DNA from: Dimorphilus gyrociliatus
Lineage: Eukaryota > Animalia > Annelida
Direction: 5' to 3'
NCBI GenBank assembly: GCA_904063045.1
Contig: CAJFCJ010000004.1
Coordinates: 246,195-310,194 of the forward strand
DNA length: 64,000 nt
Part shown: one piece after another, positions 1 to 14,963 of the stretch
Layout: each line of letters begins with the position of its first letter
How positions within the stretch are numbered: the stretch's first letter is position 1
Translations under genes and position numbers: made by a program
The notes under the pieces: model-generated
Seen by the model: only the letters and a program-made list of their open reading frames with translations
The model's database searches: none
Told to the model about the DNA's origin: nothing

Positions 1-2276
1 ACTTCAGCTAACGGTATGTATATTCTCATAATTTTAGATCCTTGTAGGGAATATATTTTTTTCAGATTCCAAAAAACCTGTAAATCAGGAGTCTGCCGAT
101 AAATCTAAGTTGCAACCCAAACCACCTGTTCGCCGAGCCAAGAAATTTAAATTGCACGAAGTTACTGTTAAATTAGACGATAGTGCCAGGGATGAAACAG
201 CATTGGAGGCCTTTAAACGTGTTTTAGAAACAAACAACCTGGAAAAGTTTGGTGCGAAAACAGCTATCAATAAAATTATTGTATCTCTTGTTTGTACTTT
301 TGGAGGATCTATGAAAACAACTCTATTAGATTATATACTAAAAGATATAAAACAACAAAGTGACTTGGCTCTTTTATGGCTCTACCAGGAATATGCCAAT
401 TTTAAAGGCTATGGAGCTATTAAATCGGATGAAGAGGACATTGAAACAAGCAAATATGGTAACTTACTTACACTGTTACTCAATCAACTACAAGAAGAAT
501 TTGATGCTGGAGAGTCGTACGTAATATTCACTAATTATCAGCTTTGTTGTATAAAAATTTGATATTTTTCAGTTTATTTACAAGAATTCTTCTTGAAGCT
601 CCTCTGCTTACAAACGAAGCTACACAAGTTTTACAGCGGTTTTGTCAAGATCCTGACCGTATTGGTGTTGGATTGAATACATTGAAAACATTAGTTCTCT
701 ATAGACCAAAAGCAAATTTGCTTCACAACCTTTTGGCGTTTTCCATGAATCCTCATAATGAAATCCGCTCGAAAGCTTTAAACATAATTAAAGAATTATT
801 TATCTCTAATGAAGAATTTCGCCAAGAAATGGAAACCGAAGCGTTAAAAATTACTAATTATTTACTTGATGAACACCCTCCCAAAGAAGTGTTTAGTTCA
901 GTGGTCGCCTATACTGAATCACCAACGTGGAATGAGGATTTAATTAAATTGTGCCTAAATTTGTATGCTTTGTTGCTACCGTTGAAACATTCTCTAATTC
1001 ACGAGTAAGATATTATGGGACTAAATCTCAAGTATGAAAAATTAATTGATTTATTCTTTTAGGGTAGAGAACATATATCCCAAGATTCCAGCCGAAATGA
1101 AACGAACAGTGTTAAGGAGCCTTGAGATACCAATTCGTAGTATGGGTATGGATTCCCCATACCTTCTTCAATTTGTTGAACAATGTCCCCAAGGCACTGA
1201 GACTCTGGTTACGCGCGTTATTCACGTTCTAACAGAAAGGGTTGCTCCATCCCCAGCTCTTGTTGAAAGAGTAAGGGATTTATATGAAAAGAAAGTATCA
1301 GATGTTCGATTTCTTGTACCTGTTCTGGCCGGTTTAAAGAGAAAAGAAGTATTAGACGCTCTGCCAAAATTTATGCAACTGGCCCCTATTGTACTAAAAG
1401 AAGTTTTTAACAGAGCTTTAGGTGCGTCTCATGGTCAGACTGGACCCTTAAGTGCGTCGGAACTGCTTGTCGCATTGCATAATATAGAATCTTCAAAAAC
1501 CGTTGATGTAAAAATTGTCATTCGATCAATAAGTCTCCTTCTGCAAGAAAAAGCTGTTTGCACTCAGGAATCTATTATTGCTGCTCTGCAGGAATTGGTC
1601 GAGCAAACACCTTTACCTACACTACTAATGCGAACAGCATTACAAGCCTTAAATTTACATCCGAAATTAGCAGGATTCACTATGCAACTGATGCAGAAGC
1701 TAGTACAAAAAAGTGTTTGGAAAAATAAGCGGGTCTGGGAAGGATTTATCGTATGTTGCCAAAGAACGAAACCCCAATGCTTTGGTATATTACTACAGCT
1801 ACCTCCTCCTCAATTAAAATCAATATTTGAAGTGGCTGGAGAGCTGAGAGAAAAATTATTGGAACATGTTAAACAATTTCCCCCACATCAGAAAGCCAGA
1901 ATAGCCAGAGCTATGATGCAAGTTCTTGAAAAGGATCCGGCAGAAGAGCAAAGGCTGGCCGAATTGGCTAAAAAGCAAGAACAAGAACGAATAGCTGAAC
2001 AGGAGAAAATTTATCAGCAAAAGTTGGAAGAAGAAAGGCGAACTAAAATAAAAGAAGAAGAAGACACAAAAGATCAGGAAGACACACTTAGGGACAGTCA
2101 GACTGATGAATCAGAAAATATGGCTATAAAGATGGAGGATGAAGATATAAAAGATACTAGTTTTGAGGTAAACTTAGTGACAATAAATTTTTTTGATAAT
2201 AAATTAGTTTCTACAGAGTGAAGCATCTGAAAAGGAAGAAGTAAGCGCCATCCAAACGATAACTGGAAGAAACTGA
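1..2276 (+). CDS. SYMPK: Symplekin (5'-truncated by the window; exons ..13, 66-515, 573-1004, 1063-2167, 2217-2276)
   Basis: ORFs 110-562, 544-1008 and 1046-2221 join in frame across GT-AG introns. Symplekin C-terminal motifs are present (LFTRILLEAPL, LPTLLMRT, VWEGFIVCCQRTKPQ). Confidence 0.93.
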
Positions 2277-2436
2277 TTTTGTTTGTGATTGAACGATTAA
2301 AAATACAATAAATTAAAAATACACTAGAGAACTTTTTATTTATAAAAATCGCTTTCTTGCAGATATAAATAAAATGGCAGCTGCGCCTTGATTTTCAAAA
2401 AACCAGATGACTCTCGGTGTTTTAGGAAACAAAATT

Positions 2437-5400
2437 TTAAGATAGCATAACGCCTGCTTGATTCAAGTATTGTTGTAGAAAATCAGTAGCCTGAGGCGGT
2501 AAACTTGCAGTGATGAGTGGTTGTAGTTTTCCAGGGTTGGCTTGAGAAACTTTTTGCAGGCCTTTTACCAAGTATATTCTTGGATTTTCTACGTTAGCAC
2601 ATGGATCAAACTCAGATTTCCCAGAAAAAGCCAATTTAGAATAGGCAGCCTGATAGCCTGGTGTATCTTCAATATCTATAAAATGTTCATCATCTGGTAT
2701 ACTGCTATCTTCAGGCAATTCAAAAAGCCCGATTAAAGACTGAAGTAGTTGACCCCTAAAAGCATACGGACATTTAAAATTAGTTATTTACTAAATATTA
2801 CAACAATCAACCTACCAGAAAGCTTGAAAATTCGTAAGCATAATAGGAGCATCAGTTAATATATTTGTAATTCCAATTGCGCAAATTTTCTTTTCCTTTG
2901 TGTCTGTCAATTTTTGCACATTTGGCACAAATAATTTCTCTAATACCATACCAAACATCCTTTAAAAAATGAATGGTATACGTTTAAATTTAGGTGATTC
3001 AATGATGAAAAAAATTACATACTTCTCTTGAATAGATTCAACTGTTTGAATCAAGACATTTGCTCCATATTTTATGGTGAAAACACACATAAAGATAAGG
3101 AAACCTAAAGAATTAATATATATATATATATATATATATGTTTACAGTAAACATTAATCTTAGTTTAAAATATCATACTTTTTATAAATTTCGTAGTCTT
3201 GGAACTTGTTAATCTTCTAAAGCATAACACAAATATCTGCTGAATGAATGGTTCCATTCGCTCCCTATTTTCACACAGCATTAAAGCAAACTGATAAATG
3301 TAAACATTTTTATTATACTCACTTTGACATTGTGTTGATCAAAGTATTTAAAATGTAAAATCCTTCATGATCATTTGTTTTCGAAGCAACTAGCTTTTGG
3401 AATATTCCAAGTAATCCTTCCTGTAACAAATAAATTTCAATTTATTTTTATCTTATTTAATAAATTCATGCATCGAACTCACCAACTTGCTACCCTCAAT
3501 TTGCGAACTAGCAACAGATATAAACGCCTGTAAGAGCCTAACTAAGGCTGGAATATTTCCAGATCTCTCCCAAAGGACAGGTTGTAATAAGTGAGGGAAA
3601 AGAGCAATGTATAAATCAGGCACACCACCCCCTGCTGGGTGCAATTCGAGGAGCAGTGATAAAATTTGAAACACATAGGGAATAAATTCAAGGACATCTT
3701 GTTGAAGAATTTCTTGAAAACTTGGCATTAGTCCTTTCTCGAATACTTCAACGGCAGCTGTATCAGCTTTACACATTGCTCTAATAGCCACACATATTGT
3801 TTCAAATATATAATGATTAAAGTGAGGTTTCTTGGGCCACTGTTAGTTAAGAATTGTTATTATAATTTTTCATTACATTTTATTGATCATTATTACCTTG
3901 GCTACTTGCATAAGTTTCTCGATTAATTTTTGGAGCAAGCCAGATAAGTAAGGTGCTATCTTTTCTTGTAAAAGACTGAAGCTTCTCATGATTGCTGTAG
4001 ATAAAACAGAAATTTGAATAGTGTTACATAATATCTAACAGATATAACCTTTCATAACATATTCATTTTCCGCTGACTTAGTAGTTTCAAGTAAAGCAAA
4101 TAAATTCGTCAACAGCGGTTCTACAAACACACTTAGCGTTTCTTTGGTCACACTGAATGAAAAACAAATGAGAAATAAATAGTAAATTAGCAATTTTCAC
4201 ATACGCTGGCCCATCTTCCAATTTAACGGTAAAAATTCTTTCAAGAGCGTGGGCTGCATAAGTATGAACGACTTGAGTTTCCGCTGTTAATAAACGTATA
4301 AGACCAGGTATACAGCTTACAAGAGCTTCACGACGAAGTTGACTTCTAAACACCATCACGTATTTGATTGCATCTGCTTTTAGAACTGGATTTTCATTGA
4401 CTAAATACAACAAATAAAGCAATGTAATAAGTAGCAAAATCGTTATAAAAGTAAATTAGATATTAACCATTCGGATTTTCAATATCAGGATAAACATGAG
4501 TCTTCATAAAATCTATTATGTTAACAAGTTCACTAGTTTGAGTAATACCATGTCTCTGTGTGGCTCCTTTCGCAGCCAACGATGTAACTAAATAGATTGC
4601 AGCATCTTTCGATTTCCAATTTCCCTTCGGATTAACACTGTACTCCTGTAACATTGCCTGAATATAGCTGGAGAAATTCTCAATTACAGGACCTTCAAAC
4701 ATTCGACACAAAGATCTGACAAGGTCGCACGCAGCACGCCTTCTTGTATCAACGTCAGAGCCTGATAATTTAAATGTTTTTTAGATGTTTACTGCACTTT
4801 CATTTTAGGAATTTACCTTCAATATCTCTTCTAATGTACTCTTCCGGATTATCTTCAAACATTTCCTCATCTGCTTCTACAAGCGGATAAAAAATAAACG
4901 ATGTTGTAAAGTTCAATAACTAGAATAAAATGGTATATATTAATCAATTTCTTACCTCTAAAATGCATATTGGGAACAATAACTTTTTCACATATTGATT
5001 GCAAGGTTCCTGGAGCCTCAAAAACATTTCTATATGAATTTCTGTCAGCCACAGAGGCAAGAAATTGAATAGCATTCGATACGAGCTGAAAAAAATTTAA
5101 GTTGTTCAAAATAATGCGAAATAAGTTATTAAAATCTAATTACGAGATCGTATTTCACTTGTTGACCAGTTCCAACTAATAAGTTCCAAATTGCATCAAC
5201 AAATCCAGGTAGATGAGAACTAAATTCTTCGTCATATTTTTGTGCATATAACGCAACATTGTCACAAATCTGTGATTTAACTTGTTCAAGTAAACCAGCT
5301 TCTTCATCATCTTGAGTTTGTAAAATTTTATTATCAATTGTCAATAAGGTATGAAAATGACCCATCCAAATGTTCATATTGTCCTCAAAATGCTCCGGTA

Positions 5401-6426
5401 AATCCTTTTTTTATATAATTTGTTAAGTTGTTTAATTTTATTCGTCAGGAGGTAAAAACTTACTTGATAATTGAGAGAATAAAATACTTTGCAAATCAAT
5501 ACAAGAGAGCTGAAAATGATTTTTAAATTTTCCGGATTGCTTGCATTTTCATTGGCAATATTCATCATATCCTATCAATTGATATCGATTAAATTGATTT
5601 ATAGCATTATTTTTAATTTTGATCTTACGATAAATAATTTAGTAAAAGGCTCTGCAAAATTGTCCAATACATATTTAATTTCGGTCCATAGTTCTTGACT
5701 TTTAAACTCATGGCGATATCTTGAAGATGTTTCATAATTTAGTAAAATTTCAGTCACTTTAGATTGACTTACCTCTTGAATAATGAGTGTGCTGTTCTTA
5801 AAACACCATTAATGATGTGTATATCTTGTGAAAGAAATTTAGTGGAAAACTCTTTCAAAAGATCCGTCCATTTCATAGGAAAATCTTCTTTCCCAATAAC
5901 ACTAATAGCGTCACTTAACTTAAGATAAAACATGTTATTATTGCCTAATATTTGACAGTCTGTCAATTGTAGTTACCTGTTTTTGAATTTGTTCAGGGTT
6001 TTTCAACATCAAATTAACTATACTGGTCTTGACAAAATTTCTATCTTTATCGCATATTTTGTTAACATCTTCAACCTAATTGGTGATGAAAACTTGTTAT
6101 TAATTATGATATTCAATGTGATATATTACGTACAATTCGCCAATTTCTTTTGACAAAGTTTTTAAATGTTACAGCAGCGCTAACTCTCACATGAAATTCA
6201 ATACTATCGCAGTCTATGACGTTCAATAAGATAACAGAAAAATTCTCATTTCCTTCAATTGATTCCAAGAAGCTCTCAGCTAAATAAAATATGATATTTA
6301 GTTAATTGATGTTCAACAAGATTTGAAAAAAGGCATGATACCTGGTTGTCTTATGGAGCGTTCTGGTGAAAGTGTTTTTGTTAAGCACTCAACAAGACTT
6401 TGTACAGTAGTTTGATTAATCTCCAT
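2437..6426 (-). CDS. CSE1L: Exportin-2 / importin-alpha re-exporter, multi-exon
   Basis: N-terminus MEINQTTVQSLVECLTKTLSPERSIRQP. Internal exons QLSDAISVIGKEDFP, EYIRRDIEGSDVDTRRRAACDL and EFIPYVFQILSLLLE match CSE1/CAS. Stop at 2437. Confidence 0.95.
3116..3139. repeat. (AT)n microsatellite in a CSE1L intron
   Basis: About 12 AT units. Confidence 0.9.
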
Positions 6427-6751
6427 TCTATAGGTCTATCTGCAAAGTATTGGATAGTGATATAGTAACAGAAAATCCTTGTAATATATCAGGCTTGTCC
6501 GTTAAGAATGTATTTTCGCTCAGAACCCGGTTTCAAAAATATGAAGTAAATTTAAGTAAATACAAGTCATAAATGAACTCAATATAGTTTACCTTTCTTA
6601 GAAATAGATTTTTTAAATGCTTTTACAAAGAAAGTCCAGTGGTACAGACCTTTTCGAATTTTAATTGCGGATACTGTAAGATAGGTTTCAATAGTGTGGC
6701 TCGAGTTCAGCTGAGTTTTAACGACTTGAAAACGTATTCGAAGTACTGCTC

Positions 6752-6762
6752 TGCGCATGCGC
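6752..6762. promoter_or_regulatory. NRF1/EWG-like motif TGCGCATGCGC in the CSE1L/RAB11 divergent promoter
   Basis: 11-nt match to the YGCGCAYGCGCR consensus, in a GC-richer patch between two divergent genes. Confidence 0.5.
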
Positions 6763-7006
6763 TTATGACTGTGGGGCGTTATGACGATTCGCCATACTGA
6801 TTTTGCGATAAAACGATTATACATCTGACGAAATCAGTAAATATCCAATTAATCAGCCTTCGGAACCGAAAAAGAGTGGCGTATTTTTTCGAGACGTTAA
6901 TAGTCTTTTGGAACATTCCGGTGTATAATTCTTAAGTTGCCGTAGACGGTTAATAGCAACGGTTTTTACTGTGAAAAACTGTTTTGGTTGATTTTACTTA
7001 GCAATT

Positions 7007-8907
<1,901 letters not shown>

Positions 8908-9544
8908 CACTGAAATTTAGGTTAAATATGAAATGTGAAGCAAAAAAAGTTCTATTCGCTTAACAATGCTCTTCATTTTACATGGTTTTTTTGTACACAT
9001 AAGTTTATTATCATGATAAATTGCCGAAATATGCAAAATCAGTGTGCACTGAAAGATAATTTATTCATATAACTTAAAGATTCTATTCGTTCGACACGCC
9101 TCGTTTAAAATTCAGAGAATAAAGCGAATTGCTGCGCTTTTAATTTGTGAGATCCGAATTTTTTCTTTAAAATCTATTCCATTGTCACATTGTTTTATTG
9201 TTAAAATGATTGTTTTTTCCCATTCGACATATTCATAATCATAGTCTAAATATCAAACAATTACCGCCTGTGGCATTATATTGTTCCAAACTATGATGTC
9301 CGATATGATTATTTTTGTTCTGTATAACAAGGAAAAATAAATACAGGAAAAATTGATAAATGGATAAGTATTTATTTCGAATGTTATTTATTGTGTAATT
9401 TTTCAAAATATATTCAATCAATAAACTGAAATACAATTCGTAATTTTATTATAAATTTTTGTAACTGGATTGTATGAGCGAAAGAATGAGTATAAACATC
9501 AAGTTAACTTTTACCAGCGAATTTAAAGTAACAAACGAAACTCT

Positions 9545-9721
9545 TTAATATTGTTCCCTTCTTCTAGCATACCACCCCAAACCGGCACATAGCAAGACTA
9601 CACCTATTGAACAACCAACTAAAATTGCCAAAACATCTCCTCCATCTAATGCCAAAACAACTTGAACTTGAGAACATAAAATAATTAATAATAAAAATAA
9701 TATTCTAGCAGCCATATTCAT
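9545..9721 (-). CDS. SMIM30: Small integral membrane protein 30-like microprotein (single coding exon, 58 aa from the first ATG)
   Basis: Signal peptide, then ALDGGDVLAILVG...CAGLGWYARRR. This resembles human SMIM30 (AVEAGDAIALLLG...CACLGVYARKR). Confidence 0.85.
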   Translation of the reverse strand: MNMAARILFLLLIILCSQVQVVLALDGGDVLAILVGCSIGVVLLCAGLGWYARRREQY

Positions 9722-10077
9722 TGTCACGTGTCAGGTCGTTTTTATAATAGAGCACTTAATTTAAAATTAATGTCATTACACCTCCTTTTTTGAAATATTT
9801 TGTTGTAAAATGTAGAATTTTATTACTTTTCTAGATAAAAAATATGGTTTTTCTACTGTAACAAGTAAACTTTTTATACCGAGAATATAGCTTTAAAAAA
9901 ATCTTGTTTTTGCCGAACTTTACAGCTTGACCTTACAGATGTAACAAAAAGAGTTATAGTTATTAGACTAATAGAATATTAGATTCTACATTTGCACCAT
10001 ACAAATGAGAGGGGATTTAAAATGTTAATTTTGAAATAGTTGTCATCTTTTTTGGGAAAATTTACAAAAAAAACTGT

Positions 10078-10149
10078 TGGAGATGCCGGGGATCGAACCC
10101 GGGACCTTTCACATGCAAAGCGAACGCACTACCACTGTGCTACATCCCC
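10078..10149 (-). tRNA. tRNA-Ala(UGC) copy 1
   Basis: Reverse complement GGGGATGTAGCACAGTGGTAGTGCGTTCGCTTTGCATGTGAAAGGTCCCGGGTTCGATCCCCGGCATCTCCA folds as a cloverleaf with a G3:U70 pair, TGC anticodon and an oligo-T terminator downstream. Confidence 0.97.
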
Positions 10150-10247
10150 TTACAGAAACTTCAATGCAGATTAATCGCTCTTGAATAATCTCGGTATAAT
10201 CTCGGAAAACAAAAATAAAAAATATTGAACAATACAGAAAAAAATTA

Positions 10248-10319
10248 TGGAGATGCCGGGGATCGAACCCGGGACCTTTCACATGCAAAGCGAACGCACT
10301 ACCACTGTGCTACATCCCC
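10248..10319 (-). tRNA. tRNA-Ala(UGC) copy 2
   Basis: Identical 72-nt sequence; T-run terminator. Confidence 0.97.
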
Positions 10320-10423
10320 TAACTGAGAAATTAATGCTTTATAATGCATAGTATACTATAATCTTAAAGATTGAATTATTAAAGATAAACATTTTCACGT
10401 AGATTACAGATTCAAAAAATTAT

Positions 10424-10495
10424 TGGAGATGCCGGGGATCGAACCCGGGACCTTTCACATGCAAAGCGAACGCACTACCACTGTGCTACATCCCC
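10424..10495 (-). tRNA. tRNA-Ala(UGC) copy 3
   Basis: Identical 72-nt sequence; T-run terminator. Confidence 0.97.
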
Positions 10496-10603
10496 TTACA
10501 ACGATACAGATTCTCCCTGTAAGTTCTGTAATTGATCGACATTGTTTTCCTTAAAAAAGGACGATAAGGTGGGCTAAAAGTCATGGAATATGCAAAAAGT
10601 TAT

Positions 10604-10675
10604 TGGAGATGCCGGGGATCGAACCCGGGACCTTTCACATGCAAAGCGAACGCACTACCACTGTGCTACATCCCC
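10604..10675 (-). tRNA. tRNA-Ala(UGC) copy 4
   Basis: Identical 72-nt sequence; T5 terminator. Confidence 0.97.
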
Positions 10676-10783
10676 TTACACTAAACACGCATCTTATTCA
10701 AAATTCTGTACTGACCCAGAGAGATAAGATAAAAAAAACAAGTAACAGTATAAAAAAGAACAGGAAAAAAATGCAAAAACTAT

Positions 10784-10855
10784 TGGAGATGCCGGGGATC
10801 GAACCCGGGACCTTTCACATGCAAAGCGAACGCACTACCACTGTGCTACATCCCC
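10784..10855 (-). tRNA. tRNA-Ala(UGC) copy 5
   Basis: Identical 72-nt sequence; T5 terminator. Confidence 0.97.
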
Positions 10856-11225
10856 TTACACTAAATATTTAGCTTAATATTGCTTATAGATCAACATCAT
10901 AAAAATTTTTACGATTGAAAATTCAAGCAATTTTTTCGACATGTATATTCAGCAAATGGTTAATCTAAAATATTAAATGAAGGTAAGATGAAAATACTAC
11001 GATTTTATTAATAAATAAGTTCGTTACAAGTATCTATATAATATACTTTCGGCAATATTATTTTTGACATGAAAAGCACAGTAAGATTCAAGTAATACAT
11101 TTACAATCCAATAAAGTATGAACATATATATATATATGAATAATTATTATGTGTTGTTTTAGAATCAAAAATGACTTCAAGATAGTATTTCACACAAGAT
11201 GACAATAATATTCAAATGCAAGTTT

Positions 11226-12468
11226 TTAATTATCTTTCTTATTAATATCATTATAGGCAGGAGGTGCATCAGGATATGCTGGAGCAGATGCATTCTGCAT
11301 ATACATATTATGCCCATCTCCATTTTGATAGTAGGCTTGTCCTTGATGTGCTTCTTGGGCTTTAGCATCTATTAAATAAAATCGTTATAGTTTTCTTTAA
11401 AGGAAAATATAGAATTAGTACTATGTATATACTTTTTTAACTGAATAACTAACTGGAATAAATACTTATTGTTATATTACTTGTTTACTAATACGAATAA
11501 TTTTGTCTCTTTTTGTCGACGCTACTATTTTTCAATTGAAAATTTTTAAGTTAATTTTAACTTTTTCTTGCTGCTTTTTTGATCAGAAGTAGGCAAAGGT
11601 TTTGCTCAAAATTTAGAAAGTACCTGCTGGCGATATAGGAGCTATTCCTGGGTATGGTGGTGGTGCAGTAGCCATGTAAACTGAGTTAGCTGTTGCATAT
11701 TTTCGGAAAAGTTAATTATAATTCGGAAAATAGAACAATTTCTAAATTTTGTTTACCTGGAGGTTGATCGGGGAAATGATTGTAAGGTACAAAACCATAC
11801 TCGGAATTCTGTGGCGGTGCGTATTGGTTAAATTCTGCCGGGTAAAAGTCTGTTGGTGGAGTGTAAGGTGGGGGAGGAGGCATTTGCTGAGCTACGCGAC
11901 AAGCTGCAAAATAATAGGGAAAATATTAGCTATTTCATGTTATATTTAATAATTATTACCTCGTCTTCCACATTCAAGCATTGCTCTTCCAAATTCGATA
12001 GCTCCACCCTTGTTGAACCATAGTTTAAGTTTACTTCTACCTTCCCAATTGCCATTCGCTTCTGCTTTAACTGAACCTTTGATAAAATTAGCTCCAAAGA
12101 TGGGTTGTTCCAATTCTAGTTCGCTAAGTGACAAGAAAGCTGCTGAGAACGATTGTAATGTATCTTTGGCATTGTTATTAGTGAAGATAATCTTTAAAAG
12201 TAATAAAAATCATGTGATTATTTTTTTATTAATAATAATATATACTTACTCGATGGGTTGTTAAAAAAATCCTGCCTTTCTTAGTTCCTTTGAACGGAAC
12301 AACGTTACTAGGACCTTCTAGTTTCAATTCAGCTCCATCATAGAAAAGTAGAATTCTAAGGGTACAAAATTAACGATCACTAATTGTCCAATTTCTTTTA
12401 TATATTAAATACCTCTCTCCAAAATAAAGGACAACCCCAGAACCGCTATGAGATGTATTCAGAGACAT
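11226..12468 (-). CDS. WBP2: WW domain-binding protein 2 (GRAM domain plus PPxY-rich tail), multi-exon
   Basis: N-terminus MSLNTSHSGSGVVL. Exon LEQPIFGANFIKG..KLWFNKGGAIEFGRAM. PPPY and PPAY motifs in the Pro/Tyr-rich tail. Confidence 0.92.
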
Positions 12469-12492
12469 TGTTGATATCGTTAAAATTCTGAA

Positions 12493-12500
12493 TGACGTCA
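12493..12500. promoter_or_regulatory. Full CRE palindrome TGACGTCA in the WBP2/RBSN divergent promoter
   Basis: Exact CRE 25 nt upstream of the WBP2 ATG. Other full CREs lie at 36461-36468 (upstream of the kelch gene) and 33936-33943. Confidence 0.4.
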
Positions 12501-12836
12501 GTATCACATGAGGAAGGATTATTTTCGTATGATTTTGGAGGATTTCTTAAAAATCTTAAAAAGAATTCTTAATTGTTTTTCAAACAATAAAAATTATTAT
12601 AAAATATAATTTAAAATTTTTACTACGAAAATATAAATATGTCACCACAACAAATCAGTCGATATAACTAAGAATATTTCATATTTAATGTTTTAGCTGT
12701 TGAATAAATATGTTTGGTTTTGAAAAATTCTGATTTTTAAAGTTAGATAAATTAAAAAAAATTAAGTTTATATGAGTTGGATTGCGTGCTTACAGATTTT
12801 ACATACTGGAGGCGTTTTCAATTATTTTATGCAAAA

Positions 12837-14963
12837 ATGAATGGAGAAGTATTGGAAGGATTTTTGTGTCCGATTTGCCTAAAAGATTTAGGAACAATAA
12901 CCCAATTACAAAATCACTTTGAAGAGGCACACAAATCGGAAGATGTAGCTGTCATACAACATCTAAAAGGTATTTTACATAAATATTGATGAGAAAGTGA
13001 TCGCTTGAAATGTGTGCAATATTTTGTACAAAACTCTATAGGACTATTTGAAAAAGCAAAGAAGAAATTTTTGAATGAAGAGATTGTAAAGGATAACTTA
13101 CAAACACCGATAAATTTATCACCTAAACGGATTGTAAATGAGAAACCCCAAGAAATAGGTAATATTTTATATTGAACTTTTGGCTTGCTATTTAGCTAAT
13201 AATCCTCTCATTTCTTCTGTAAAATATTAAATATGTCTATATTAGTAATTTAATAAGTATGTTTTACCAAAGCCTATTAAGAACGTAACAAACCAAGTGC
13301 AAAGTAACATCAGAAGATGATGTCAAGATTGTAAATAATTAAGATGTCTTTTATGGTTTTTTTCTTTTGTAGGAAGAATAACAAGTCATACTACATTCTT
13401 TAAAAATCTTAGAGAAAAGAGGATAGACGCCTATGCATTAGAAACTAACAAATTACTCTTGAGATTAGACAAACTCATAGATGACAAAGCGCCGATGGAG
13501 CCTTCTAAAAGGAAAAATTATGAAAAATCAGTTGTTCCCTGGACAAAAGACAGTGAGGCTTCGAAATGCATAAGCTGTGGACGTATCTTCACTTTAGCTA
13601 GACGCCGACATCATTGCCGACTTTGTGGAACAATTCTTTGTGGAAAATGCTCATTATTCCTATCCTTTAGTTTCGCAAGCAAGTACCAAATTTCCTTTAA
13701 CAAATATTTGTTTAATGCAAAATGAAGAAAACAAGGAAGTTTTCACTGATAAACAGTCTATTTTCATCTTCAATATTATTTATATATTAAACCTTATGCG
13801 AAATAACTATTGATAAATGATACAAATAGACTTCTTGTTAAAAAACATTTATCAACTCAATTTATCTTAATGAAGAAAAGCAACTGACGTAATTATCTTG
13901 TAAAAGTCATAAAAGATTAACTATGGACTTAATTCTTTTTTTATCGAAATATCTATTTATTCCACTACAGAAAAGTTAACTAATCCATCTTTCGAACCGG
14001 AAGGTGAAATGTTGGGCTTCCGACGCTCAAATAGCTCAGGCTCCTTGAATTCTCTATTTTCTTCTGAGGGCGAAAGCCATTTAAGAACCTGCCAACGTTG
14101 TAGCCATTTACTAGAAAGGAGACATGATCAAATGGAAACTCGTAATTCCACTCCAATGGAGAACTTCTTATATTCCAGACTATGTCAATATAAAATGGAT
14201 GCTGAGCGCCAAATACCACAAGTTCTAACAATGGCTCAATCGCTGAGAGACGGAGACGAAACGTACAGTCTACAATCGGCTGAGAGTGAGAGGCAAAAGC
14301 TTATTATGATTTTTGATAGCATTGACAAAACCAGTAAGCGCATAGCCACCATGATTGATGAACAAAATGCAGGTGAGATATTTTCACAACTTAGACTTTT
14401 TTCCTATTATTAAATAAGGGAAAGACTAATTAGACCTGGTAATACTATTTAGGCCAGAAGACGATGCAATTAAGAAGAGCTATTAGACAAGCAGCTGCTA
14501 CGTGGCTGCAGGATAATATGCTAGGTCTTCAGTCTCTACCAACTCGAGAAGAATTGGACGAAATTCAGAGAAGAAAGAACCTCGAATTGGAAAAAAGAAT
14601 TGCAATTGAAAAAGATGCAATGACTAAGAAACTAGAAAAAGATAATGCTTCCAAAAAGGTTGAAATCGTTGTTAGAAAAGCGTCGCTTCCTAATACAAAA
14701 AAGTAAGCTCATAATAAAATGAAACTCCTACTAATAAATTTTTCTCTTTCGTTTACCTTAGTATGCAGGATGAGAATGGATGGAAGCCGGAAACCCAAGT
14801 AAGCGATAACGACGATCCGATGCTTCAACAGATAAACATTATAAAGAGTTATATCAAACAAGCTAAACAACAATGTAAGTGGGACGAAGTTCATATGTTG
14901 GAAGAGAATTTAAATCAATTGGAAAAAGCGTATTGGGATGAAAAGACCAAGCCCTTCATCTAG
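12837..14963 (+). CDS. RBSN: Rabenosyn-5 (C2H2 finger, FYVE domain, Rab-binding helical hairpin), short invertebrate type
   Basis: EGFLCPICLKDL..HFEEAH; FYVE WTKD..CISC..RRRHHCRLCG..CGKC; C-terminal DPMLQQINIIKSYIKQAK..DEVHMLEENL. Confidence 0.94.

Noticed and set aside
10078-10855. CRISPR-like pattern of identical repeats with unique spacers
   Set aside because: The repeats are 72-nt tRNA-Ala genes with Pol III terminators in a eukaryotic genome, and there are no cas genes.
10603-10872. 89-aa plus-strand ORF with a repeated MEMPGIEPGTFHMQSE peptide
   Set aside because: It is the antisense translation of two tRNA genes.
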